A DNA stretch of 64,000 nucleotides, taken from contig NC_043002.1 in assembly GCF_006345805.1 (NCBI RefSeq), positions 45,012,001 through 45,076,000 on the forward strand, read 5' to 3'. The translations under genes were made by a program, and so were the position numbers. The stretch comes from Octopus sinensis. Lineage: Eukaryota. Positions 50,631 to 62,175 of this stretch are shown here, piece by piece; the first letter of the stretch is position 1, and every line of letters begins with the position of its first letter. The notes beneath the pieces are model-generated. The model made no database searches, was not told the DNA's origin, and was given only the letters and a program-made list of their open reading frames with translations.

Positions 50631-50749
50631 TATAAGAGGAGAAATAAAGCACTTCATGGTTTAGGCTGGAGAAGTCGGAATAAATGTAGATGAAGTCGTT
50701 CAAAAGGAAATTTTCAACGGTCCTCTGCGCCTGAACGACTGATAAAGTT

Positions 50750-51040
50750 GTGCCAGCTAGTATGCCATTATTCAGTTTATTTCAAGATTTCTTGCCAATA
50801 GAGAAAGAACCGGTTTCTAACCTAGATCCAAGGCTCCTTCATTGGAATTTCAACATCAACAACATAGTATGTATGTATGTATGTATGTATGTATGTATGT
50901 ATGTATGTATGTATGTATGTATGTATTCTCATGCGTATAGTTGCATATCTAGACATGCTCATATATATTTAAATGATAAACTACTGGAAAGTTTTACATA
51001 TTTTTACAGTTCCAGTGATGGGTTAGATCTGTATGTATAA
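50750..51040 (-). mobile_element. 3' end of the LINE family at 36412-36845
   Basis: Reverse-complement match of the ORF end and 3' UTR, with internal (TATG)n. Confidence 0.8.
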
Positions 51041-51089
51041 CTATTTGTATGCATGCATGTATGTATGTATGGATGCACGTATGTATGTA

Positions 51090-51172
<83 letters not shown>

Positions 51173-51596
51173 TTGTTTGTTTTTAATTATAGTTATATAT
51201 AAAAGGGAAACGACAACACCACTCGATACAATTTAAGTAGAGTATCAAGTTTATCAAGATATATCTGCAAATTCAGTGTCACCTTTTCCATTTCAAGGTG
51301 TATGAACTCAGAAGCATTAGCATCGCGCGCGCGTACGTATTCATGTACGAATGAATATGCACTTCAACTTATGAGCAAGAGAAAACGGGCGCTCTGTTCA
51401 TAGAGTGGAGTTTATTTATATTTCATACGAAGCTGAAAACTTCTATTGCCGCTCTTTACGTAATGTGCTTCCACTTCATGAAGTCGCTACACTTGCAGCA
51501 TGTGAGCTCGGTGTTTCAACTTAGAATAGCATTAACAGCTTCAATACATACACATACACACGGACAAACGCACACACACGCGCGCGCGCGCACACA

Positions 51597-51662
<66 letters not shown>

Positions 51663-51903
51663 GTTTTAGGTTTAAAAAGTGCAGATTTGTTAGCGGGCAG
51701 TTTAGGTAAAAGGTAAAGCACTTTGACCGGTAATCATAGACATGTGCGTTCGAGTCTCTAACAAATTCGGACACTAACAAATTTTTCTACAATATAAGGC
51801 TGTTTTATGCTATTCAGCATTATTATTATGCGTTTGAGAATAAAATATTTCCCTATATGTACGTGTATATATATGTGCGTGCGTGTGTATGTATGTATGT
51901 ATA

Positions 51904-52030
51904 GTTTCCGTCAACCAAATCCACTCACAAGGGTTTGGTCGACCCAAGGCTATAGTAGATGACACTTGCCCAAGGTGCCACGCAGTAGGACTGAAACTAA
52001 AACCATATGGTCAGTAAGCAAAATTCTTTC
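51904..52030 (-). mobile_element. SINE family A 5' module
   Basis: Family match. Confidence 0.8.
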
Positions 52031-52456
52031 CAGAGAGACATCAAAAAATGTTAGAGAAAGCTTTTACTTATTTCAACTCAATATTAGTAGTGTGTAGGAC
52101 TGTATGTATGTTCATTTATATCAGATAAACAGGGGTTAGCAGCCCGAACTGTTGTTTCGTTTGATCGGCCCTTCGTTAGACCGTACTTTTCTGTTGATTA
52201 AAAAGAAAATTAATTGATTGATTTCACACTGTGTTGTGGTGTACTGCCATGTACTAAAGTCAGGTTTCGTCTTTGCATTTGTTCGAGAATTGAGCCGGCG
52301 TTTGAGTCGGCGGGTGCAAATTAGTTATTATTTTGGGAGTGCTGTCGAGGCTTATATATATGTCAGTATGTGTAAGATTGTTAATATATGTAAGATTAAA
52401 GGAAGGCGGCGAGCTGCCAGAATCGTTAGATTAAAGTTAAGTAAAAGTTAGCTGAT

Positions 52457-52660
52457 ATGGAGGACCGAAAGCCATCTGAATATTGGAAACGGGTTACCTG
52501 TATCATGATTATTTGCGTCCGGTATCAAAATGCCCACATGATTTATGTTGCTCAATACTCTGTGGACACTGTAGAAGCTGCAAAACGTGACATGGACAAC
52601 TGCAACGAAGACTATGAAGCCGTGGCCGGCAGGAAAGGACACAGCAAGCGTTCTGACTAA
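52457..52660 (+). pseudogene. N-terminal fragment of a Tc1/mariner-type (probably maT-like) transposase
   Basis: MEDRKPSEYWKR..IMI......AQYSVDTV...DYEAVAGRKGHSKRSD*: HTH-like start followed by RK.HS.RSD. Confidence 0.5.
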
Positions 52661-53288
52661 TCTGCACGCCAGAATTCACCCCCATATCTTTGAGTTGTTA
52701 TTTTTCATTAAACTTTTTAAAAATTTAAATTTTAAAAAACCGTGGGAACTTAGTTGCCAACCCAATATACGCCTTTGAAAACCGAGAAACTGGCCGTATG
52801 AGCCTATATGATTCGGGAAGTAAGTTTACTACTACTTTTTTTAATATCGTGTACTAATTATAACTTGAATAAAATTATAGGATTAAAATCAATTTCTGAA
52901 AAGAATATCAATAAATCCTTGATACGATTAAGTAATTGCAAAGAATTCACTCTTAACACAATACATTAAAAAAATGTTATTACGATTATTCGGAGTTATT
53001 TTTAAAACTCAGCTCAATTCAAACTGCATATCGTACTAGCCGGCACCGGCTGTTCTAACATCTATATACATAGTTCACTTATAAAGCTGACATAAGAAAA
53101 TTTTCCACGTTATATAAATGAAAATAAGTTACTTTGTAACTTAAAAATCAGCCGTGATGAAGCATACTTTTGATCAAATATATTTCAACCTTGATTGTCA
53201 GTTCTTTCTTTTAGTGGGTGCATACGCAAGACTGCATTATCCAATGTTTGTTACTTTTTAAAGACAGTAGGGTGTGATTTGAGAGATA

Positions 53289-54201
53289 CGAGGGTGTATC
53301 AAAAGTTTTCCAGTTTTCCGGACAAGGTATTTTTCATAAAAAATATCTTATTTACCTAAATTTTAACACCATCTCCTTCGAAATAGTCGCTTTGCGCAGC
53401 AGCACACCGATCCCAGCGTTCTTGTCGCTTTTGAAATCTGGCCTGGAAGTCGTTTTCCGTAAGCGAGTCGGGGACCTTCTGCGATTCGCTCTGGATCTCG
53501 ACAATAGGTGTGAAACGGCGACCGTTGACATTCCATCTCTTCCCTTTACATAGGGGAAGAGATGGAAATCCGCAGGGGCTAAAACTACCGAATAGAGCGG
53601 CTGCGGAAGTGATACCATGTTGCTTTTGGCAAAAAACTCACGATTGAGAAGAGCTCAATGAAGAATCCAATTCTTCGCGCGCCACAGATCCGATCGCTTT
53701 CAACGAATGTCCTCCTCAAGCGCTTCAAAACTTCGCAGTAAAACACTCAATTGACGGTCTGGCCCTGGGGGACGAATTCTCGATGCAAAATACCACATTT
53801 CCGGGGGTTACGCTCGTAGTAGGTCTCCCAGTTCGCTCATAGTCTTCCATGGACGTTCCTCCGCTTTTGAAGGGCCCATGCCACTCGAAACATTGTGGAA
53901 CGACCCATTGCATCGTCGTCGTAAGTTTGCAGAAGCATGCTCTATGTCTCTGTGGTAGACTTCCCATGTTTAAAGTAAACTTTCCCGTTGGCTCTTTATT
54001 CTTGTCCATGACAAAAGCGTAGACTACAGCTTACACGTGATCACAAAAACACAAGTTTCACAACTTGCAAAGTAAACACAGTGATGTCACTCAGGTACAC
54101 TACTTCGTGAAAGTCACTACTAGCTCTCACTGCGCATGCAACCGTGTGCTGCCATCTATTGGCAGCACACACTAGTCCAGGAACTTTTTGATATCACCGC
54201 A
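53289..54201 (-). mobile_element. Internally deleted mariner element
   Basis: TIRs cgagggtgtatcaaaagtt / tgcggtgatatcaaaaagtt with TA; FEWH..FKSG.TSMED.ERTGRPTT and LAPADFHLFP..K. Confidence 0.85.
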
Positions 54202-54900
54202 TATTTGGCTGCTATAATTTTACAAGTAAAACAACCAAGTTGTTCATAGAGAAAATATTGTTAATGTTTATGTAAATATATTTCCTATTCATTCGATTTG
54301 GTTTGAGGAATGGAATAATATCCAGAGATATACATCAAAATTAAACTACAACACTAATTTTCATTTGTCATTGATTCTGAATAGTCTAGCATGAGAATGC
54401 CGATAGCAAAGAATTATTTTATAATTAACCTAATTAAATAATTTATTGCAATAATGATGTCTTCCTTATAATTGAAGTTACGTTGTGGCATTGCTGTATG
54501 AGAGCAACAATCTCATTTGCTTTTTAACACACTTTTGAAATTAATTTTTTGATGATATTCGTCTGTTTCTACGTCTCTAGCACAGAGCATATCAACTTCT
54601 AATGTCTCAACTGATTGTTCTAATCACCCGAGCAAAGCATTAATACTTTCAGAGGAAAATGTAACTAACACAAAGAAACATGAGTAGACATATTTTTCTC
54701 ATACATACATAACCTCTTATGTATACATAGAAAAATGTGAAAATTGAGGCAAACACTCAGACACATGCATATATTCATATATTCATATATGAATATACTT
54801 TGCCTTTATTCTGTTTTTTCTTTCGGTTATAGTCATTGTAATGCGACCAGGCTCGGGTACTACCTTGAGAGAGAATATATATATGTACATATATATATAT

Positions 54901-54935
54901 GTTTCCGACGAAGAGCTCCGCTCGAAACGTTAAAC
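54901..54935 (+). ncRNA. Minimal type I hammerhead motif (U4C variant)
   Basis: GUUU-CCGACGA-A-GAGC-UCC-GCUC-GAA-ACGU-U-AAAC; stems I and II perfect, palindromic ACGU. Confidence 0.7.
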
Positions 54936-55048
54936 CCTACTTATTTCCTTCTTTCCTGAGCGTCCAATAATAATATATTTGTTCCTCGTCCTCGCGTTGT
55001 TGTGTTTTTTTTGTGCTTTCTTGTTTGGATTAACTATATATATATATA

Positions 55049-55600
55049 CGAGGAGGTGCCCCCGAAAGTAACTGGAAACGTTCTTTGTGGGAAAATCCCG
55101 TTAAAGTACAGGCTTCCACTGCTATAAGTCACTTCATTCAACCCTTAGATATCAGTCTGCCGACCGGCGTCCTAATTTCGGGTCGTGCTCCCGCGTGGTG
55201 CATCTTTGTTTGCAGTGCTTCTCCCTTGTTCGTCGATGTTTGCGATGGCTGAACAGAAGGAACGGTGCGCTTCCGTGAAATTCTGTTTTCTGCTGGGGAA
55301 TACGGTGGCTAAGACAGTTCTCATGCTTTTATCATTAGTAAAGCACAGGTTTATGAGTGGTTTTTACGCTTTAGGGATGGTCACTTGTTGCTTGAAGACC
55401 AACCTCGTTCAGGGCTACAGTCGACCTTACACCCCTCCCAAACGAATGAAAACATCGCGAAAATTCATGAACTAATCTTGAAGGAACGTCGCCGAACAAC
55501 TGAAGAACTTATTGATATGACTGGTGTGTCAAAGAACACCTGCCAACGAATTTTGAACGAGAAATTGCGAATGAAAAGAGTTGCAGCAAAATGTGTTATG
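55049..55600 (+). mobile_element. Mariner 5' half (duplicated at 56073-56623; matching 3' end at 57125-57445)
   Basis: TIR cgaggaggtgcccccgaaagtaactggaa; MAEQKERCASVKFCFLLG, EDQPRSG, RRRTTEELIDMTG, KRVAAK. Confidence 0.85.
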
Positions 55601-55924
55601 GTGTGGCATTGCTGTATGAGAGCAACAATCTCAACTGATTGTTCTAATCACCCGAGCAAAGCATTAATACTTTCAGAGGAAAATGTAACTAACACAAAGA
55701 AACATGAGTAGACATATTTTTCTCATACATACATAACCTCTTATGTATACATAGAAAAATGTGAAAATTGAGGCAAACACTCAGACACATGCATATATTC
55801 ATATATTCATATATGAATATACTTTGCCTTTATTCTGTTTTTTCTTTCGGTTATAGTCATTGTAATGCGACCAGGCTCGGGTACTACCTTGAGAGAGAAT
55901 ATATATATGTACATATATATATAT

Positions 55925-55959
55925 GTTTCCGACGAAGAGCTCCGCTCGAAACGTTAAAC
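55925..55959 (+). ncRNA. Minimal type I hammerhead motif, copy 2
   Basis: Identical to 54901-54935. Confidence 0.7.
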
Positions 55960-56930
55960 CCTACTTATTTCCTTCTTTCCTGAGCGTCCAATAATAATAT
56001 ATTTGTTCCTCGTCCTCGCGTTGTTGTGTTTTTTTTGTGCTTTCTTGTTTGGATTAACTATATATATATATACGAGGAGGTGCCCCCGAAAGTAACTGGA
56101 AACGTTCTTTGTGGGAAAATCCCGTTAAAGTACAGGCTTCCACTGCTATAAGTCACTTCATTCAACCTTAGATATCAGTCTGCCGACCGGCGTCCTAATT
56201 TCGGGTCGTGCTCCCGCGTGGTGCATCTTTGTTTGCAGTGCTTCTCCCTTGTTCGTCGATGTTTGCGATGGCTGAACAGAAGGAACGGTGCGCTTCCGTG
56301 AAATTCTGTTTTCTGCTGGGGAATACGGTGGCTAAGACAGTTCTCATGCTTTTATCATTAGTAAAGCACAGGTTTATGAGTGGTTTTTACGCTTTAGGGA
56401 TGGTCACTTGTTGCTTGAAGACCAACCTCGTTCAGGGCTACAGTCGACCTTACACCCCTCCCAAACGAATGAAAACATCGCGAAAATTCATGAACTAATC
56501 TTGAAGGAACGTCGCCGAACAACTGAAGAACTTATTGATATGACTGGTGTGTCAAAGAACACCTGCCAACGAATTTTGAACGAGAAATTGCGAATGAAAA
56601 GAGTTGCAGCAAAATGTGTTATGGTGTGGCATTGCTGTATGAGAGCAACAATCTCAACTGATTGTTCTAATCACCCGAGCAAAGCATTAATACTTTCAGA
56701 GGAAAATGTAACTAACACAAAGAAACATGAGTAGACATATGTTTCTCATACATGCATAACCTCTTATGTATACATAGAAAAATGTGAAAATTGAGGCAAA
56801 CACTCAGACACATGCATATATTCATATATTCATATACGAATATACTTTGCCTTTATTCTGTTTTTTCTTTCGGTTATAGTCATTGTAATGCGACCAGGCT
56901 CGGGTACTACCTTGAGAGAGAATATATATA

Positions 56931-56963
<33 letters not shown>

Positions 56964-56966
<3 letters not shown>

Positions 56967-56998
56967 TCCGACGAAGAGCTCCGCTCGAAACGTTAAAC
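56964..56998 (+). ncRNA. Minimal type I hammerhead motif, copy 3
   Basis: Identical to 54901-54935. Confidence 0.7.
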
Positions 56999-57437
56999 CC
57001 TACTTCTTTCCTTCTTTCCTGAGCGTCCAATAATACTATATTTGTTCCACGTCCTCGCGTTGTTGTCTTTTTTTTGTGCTTTCTTGTTTGGATTAAGTAT
57101 ATATATATATATAGTTAAAAGATCAAAAGCAGTCACGAAAGAACACCTGGAATTTGAACTTGCTCCTAGCAGCATTGTTTTTGTTTTTTGTTACCCAAAT
57201 GAAAAAAATCCTTAAAGGAAAACGTTTTGCAGTTGTAGAAGAGGAGAAAAAACCGACGGAGGCGTTGAAAGGCATCGCTTTGCAAAGGGTTCCAGGACTG
57301 CTTTGAACAGCGGAAAACGCGTCTAGGCTTATGCATTGCTTCAGTACTTTGAAGACGATAAAAGTGTAAACATGTAAAACTATGGGAAGAAAATAATATT
57401 GCATAATCCCGGTTTCTTTCGGGGTATCCCCTCTTAT

Positions 57438-57469
<32 letters not shown>

Positions 57470-57724
57470 AGACACGTATATATGTGTGTATGTATATATA
57501 TATATTAATATCTGTTTTTATGTTAAGTTATATACCAAAACAATTTAACATGTTAAACTGATAAATCACTTTTTTCAGTAGAGTGGCGGCTAGTAAGGTG
57601 AAAATTCGATGGCTTTGTCAATCTTTTCCCTGTAAAAATTTATATGTAAGATGGTCCCCTAGCATGGCCACAGTCCGATGACTGGAACAAGTAAAAAGAA
57701 AACGATGTGTGTATGTGTGTGCGT

Positions 57725-58150
57725 GTGTGTGCGTGTGTGTATGTGTGTGCTTGCAGTTATTCTGACAGTGATAGCTGATTCCACATAGGGCTTCTGCAGG
57801 GAAGATTGGTTCATGACTTCTGTGTTCTGAGTACTAAGTGTGAGGCCAAAGTTGTTGCAAGCAATGGAAAAGCATTTCATGCTCTGCTGCATGTGGGCCT
57901 CTCTGGCGGCATTGAGTACGCAGTCGTCTGAGAATAGGAAGTCCTCTTCGATTTTGGTCATGGACTGTAGCCTCTGCAGGTTGAAGAATCTGTCATTAGT
58001 CGTCGTTGCAGAAGGTATCCGAGAGCATGGCTCAAAACATGATGCTGAACAGTGTAGGTTCGACTACACAGCCCTGCTTGACTCTGTTACTGACTGGGAA
58101 TATGTTGGAAGAATCTCCATTGTCTTGTAGTCGAGTGATCATGCCGTCGT
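57725..58150 (-). pseudogene. RTE LINE RT fragment
   Basis: DFLFSDDCVLNA..E..MQQSMKCFSIACNNFGLTLSTQNTEVM.Q...KPY.E..ITV. Confidence 0.9.
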
Positions 58151-58289
58151 AGAACTAGTTAAATCACTGTTGAAACGGAAAACCTGAAAGTCGTTGATAA
58201 GTTCACGTACCTTGACAACATACTCTCCAGTTCTGTGAACATTCACGTTGAATTGAACACACGCCTCTCCAAGAGAAGCTTGGCATTCG

Positions 58290-58895
58290 AGTGGCTACAT
58301 GAATCAGTGTGGGAAAAGAAAAACATTAGGCTGACCATCAAGGTGAAAGGGTACAAAGCTGCTGTACTTCCTAGACTATTGTACGCCTGCGAGAGTTGTA
58401 GTTTACGATAAGAGACTATTTTACAGCGAACTGTTTGAAGGCAAGCGCACACAAGGCGGACAGAAAAAGCGCTCCAAGTACACACTGAAAGCCCGACGCT
58501 TTCGAAACGCAAGTGCAAGACCAACTAACCTGGAACGCCAGAATACAATCAAATTTGATTTATAAATTATAGTCCACTCCCAGTCTGAGTCAAATAGAAC
58601 CGTAAAGATCAAACTTGATTAGAGGAAAAGTAACAGAACGACTCAACTGCTAAATTGCTCCACCAACAGAGGTTTCACCTCATACAAGCAAAACATTGCA
58701 GGGGCACAAACGAAACGAGAACTGTGCATCTTCAGAGATAACTCTTTGCCTTCAGTCCCAACAGATCACCATCGCTCGACATGCGGCAGAGCCTTTCGAG
58801 CATGCATCGGACTGATTGTCCATAGCCGGACACACCCTGTCACATCTTTTTCTCCCATGTGATGTCCTTGGTTATCGAGGACAACGGTGGAATAA
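58290..58895 (+). mobile_element. RTE LINE 3' fragment followed by (AAT)n
   Basis: TIKVKGYKAAVLPRLLYACES, LFYSELFEGKRTQGGQKKRSKYTLK; interrupted by 58520-58660. Confidence 0.8.
58520..58660 (+). repeat. 141-bp direct copy of 62638-62777
   Basis: Three differences (two substitutions, one indel). Confidence 0.95.
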
Positions 58896-58896
58896 C

Positions 58897-58975
<79 letters not shown>

Positions 58976-60289
58976 CGATTCTGAATGTTTAATCTTTACT
59001 GAATTTTCCTTTAAGAAATATATTTTTCTGTTTCATGTGAATGTGTCATACTTCAATGGTGTGTATGTGTGTGTGTGGAGAGAGAGAGAGATTGAGAGAG
59101 AAAGAAAAGAAAGAAAAAGAACAAAGGGTGAAAGAAAAAATGATTTCATATCATCCGAGAGTAGTGGAATTCTTTCCGCTAGCCATCCTCACCTGAGTTT
59201 TTATCTCTAGTAGTTTTTTTTATTTTTTCAAGAATCGAATCTTTCATTGTTATAGATGCAAAATTCGGGAAAAGCAATTTTTCAGATTTGATTATTACAC
59301 AGCAGATTTTTTTTCGGTCTATGTATAACGTTCATATTGCAAAAACAAAAACATAGTGAGAGAAATTCTATCTCTTAGCTTTCTCGAACAGTTCGAATAA
59401 TTCAAAAGCGAAATAAGTTTAAAAAAACAAACTTCAGGGAGAGATTAGTTTAATTCATCAGAGAAATATATTATTCACAGACAAAAGTTCGCTATAGAAC
59501 AGTGTGCTACAAAAGCCGATGAAAAAATATAGCATACTTTATTTTGAAAACTGCTAGAGCTGGATTATTGATATGTTTAGTTAAACACATTTCACTTGTG
59601 AGTCAGCTAAAATTAAATAAAATTATGTTGACGGATCGGTCATATTCTGTTTTAGGAAGCAATACATTCTGTAACATTCTACATCATGTTGTCAAAACCT
59701 TGTGTTGTGATAAAGCTGTTAACTACATATGAAAAATTATAGTCCGAAGTTTGTTGATTACATAAACTCACTAACAAGCACTTCTCACTTCTGTACTATT
59801 ATTGCAGTTTCTGGTCAAATGTTTTTCAAGTAATTATAATAATAGGCATTTTGTTACTTTGCTTACACTATCGTCTCCCAGAAACCGAGAATATACGCTC
59901 GTAGTGGGATTTCTTTGAAACAAAGATTTATATTGTTAATTATGAATTGAATGTCTTAGGCCCTTTGATTTTCTTCTGCTGCAATTAACAATGACATATA
60001 CGTACCAATGATACTTCCTCTACCCTGTATATTTAAAATCGATCTGAGGTGTCACAAAATATGCAGAATAACATTTCGGACTATATATTATTCATATACT
60101 TTAAGTTATCTCTATAAATTTTCTATAGAACTTACAGCCAGCACTGAAAATGACGCCGTTTCGTATACGAACGAGTCTATATAGCTCTCCTGTCTAACTA
60201 CTTTTGTCCAACCAGTCGCCATGTTTGAAGCTAACTCCAAAAGTTTTTTTCTTTCTCTGTTTTTTTATTCTCTCTCTCCCTCCCCCCCC

Positions 60290-60329
<40 letters not shown>

Positions 60330-60336
60330 CTCTCTC

Positions 60337-60377
<41 letters not shown>

Positions 60378-60391
60378 ATTTCCTCGTGTTC

Positions 60392-60427
60392 CTTTCTGCT
60401 GAAGAGCGTAGGCTTGAAACGTAAAAG
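60392..60427 (+). ncRNA. Minimal type I hammerhead motif, degenerate (A6C)
   Basis: CUUU-CUGCUGA-A-GAGC-GUAG-GCUU-GAA-ACGU-A-AAAG, followed by a PLE-type tail to about 60525. Confidence 0.65.
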
Positions 60428-60515
60428 AATTTTTCACTTTCCCGAGCGTCAAACTAATGCACCTGCTTGTTGTTTATACACCTGTCTTTGTCTTTTGTTT
60501 TTTTCTGTAAATTTC

Positions 60516-60557
<42 letters not shown>

Positions 60558-60669
60558 TTTGATACTTTGATAGGTTTCGGCCATTATTGGCCCAGGCCAT
60601 GTCTAACTTAATAGCACCACCTGGTAATAGCACCATATACATATATATATATACATATATATATATCAT

Positions 60670-61890
60670 AAGCGACTTGATGCAACCCTCAGGCATCAGT
60701 TTGCCGACCGGTGTCGTAGGGTGGGGTTTTACTGCCACGTGGTGCATCATTGTTTTGCAGTGCTTCTCCCTTGTTCGTCGATTTTGCGATGGCTGAAACG
60801 AAGGAACAGCGTGCTTCCTTGAAGTTCTGTTTTCTGCTGGGGGGGGGGGGACGGCGGTCGAAACAGTTGTCATGCTTCAAACAGCTTATAAGGACGGTGT
60901 CATGATCAAAACACGTTTTTTAGTGGTTTTCACGCTTTAGGAATGGTCACTTGTTTCTTGAAGACTAACTTCATTCAAGACCACCGTCGACATGAATAAA
61001 AACATCACGAACATTCATGAACTGATCTTGGAGGACCGTCGCCGAACAACTAAAGAACTTGTTGATATGACTGGTGTTTCCTGGCGCTCTTGCCAATTTT
61101 GAGTGAGGAATTGCGAGTGAAAAGAGTTGCAGCAAAATTTCTACCTCACTTGCTCAAGAAGGATCAGAACCAGTCACGACTGAATGCGTGTCGTGAACTG
61201 AAGAAATAAATGGAAGTTGAACCGTACCTTTTTTTCGAAGGTCATCATTGGTGATGAATGCTGGTGCTACTGCTACGACGCAGAAACGAAGCAGCAATTA
61301 AGTCAATGGAAGCTTTCAATGTCACCTTGCCTCAAAAGAGCGCATCAAGTGAAGTCCAATGTCAAGACGACTCTGATTTGTCTCATCATTGTGAAAGGAA
61401 TTGTCCACAAGGAATTTGTTTCTTCTGGTCAAACTGTTAACGAAACATTTTACTTGGAAGTTCTGAAACGTTTGCGAGACCAGTGACACGAAAACACCTG
61501 ACCTCTGGCAAAGTGGAGAGTGGTAGTTTCATCATGACAATGCGCCTGCAGACACCGCCTTAAGTGTGAGATAGCTAAAAACAGCATCACCCCGTTTATA
61601 CAGCCTCCCTATTCACCCGACTTTGCTCCCTATAACTGTTTTTTATTCCCCCGGATGAAAAAAAGTTCTTAAAGGAAGATACTTCGCAGATGTGGAAGAG
61701 GTGAAGCAAAAAACGACGGAGGCGTTAAAAGGTGTCACTTCGCATGAGTTCCAGCTTCGAACAGTGGATAACGCGTCTGGACCGATGCATTGCTTCAAAT
61801 GGATAATACTTTGATAACGATAAAAGTGTAAACATGTAAAACTAAGTAAATAAAATTGAAAAATTCCGGTTTCTTTTGGGTGCTCCCTCG
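60670..61890 (+). mobile_element. Mariner relic (same family as 55049)
   Basis: KVIIGDECWCYCYD.ETKQQ, VKSNVKT, KGIVHKEFV..GQTVN..FYLEVLKRLR, PYSPDFAP; 3' TIR ccggtttcttttgggtgctccctcg-ta. Confidence 0.9.
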
Positions 61891-61955
61891 TATATATACA
61901 TATTCACATATATATATATATATATATACATATACTCATATATATACGTATATAT

Positions 61956-61998
<43 letters not shown>

Positions 61999-62005
61999 TA
62001 TGTAT

Positions 62006-62041
<36 letters not shown>

Positions 62042-62087
62042 TGTATTCACATATATATATAAATATATATATACATATATATAATTC

Positions 62088-62137
<50 letters not shown>

Positions 62138-62175
62138 ATGTATGTGTGTATGTATGTGTGTATGCGTGTGTACAC
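61891..62175. repeat. Degenerate (TA)n/(TG)n microsatellite block; similar blocks at 2500-2630, 6043-6200, 34720-34812, 63845-64000
   Basis: Direct reading; these blocks explain the YI/TH/CV low-complexity ORFs. Confidence 0.95.

Larger units (their letters stand above)
54484..57105 (+). repeat. Tandem triplication of an about 1023-bp unit (HHR tail plus mariner 5' half)
   Basis: Units start at 54484, 55602, 56625; units 2 and 3 lack 54516-54609 (between tctca repeats); unit 3 is partial and slightly diverged. Confidence 0.92.
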
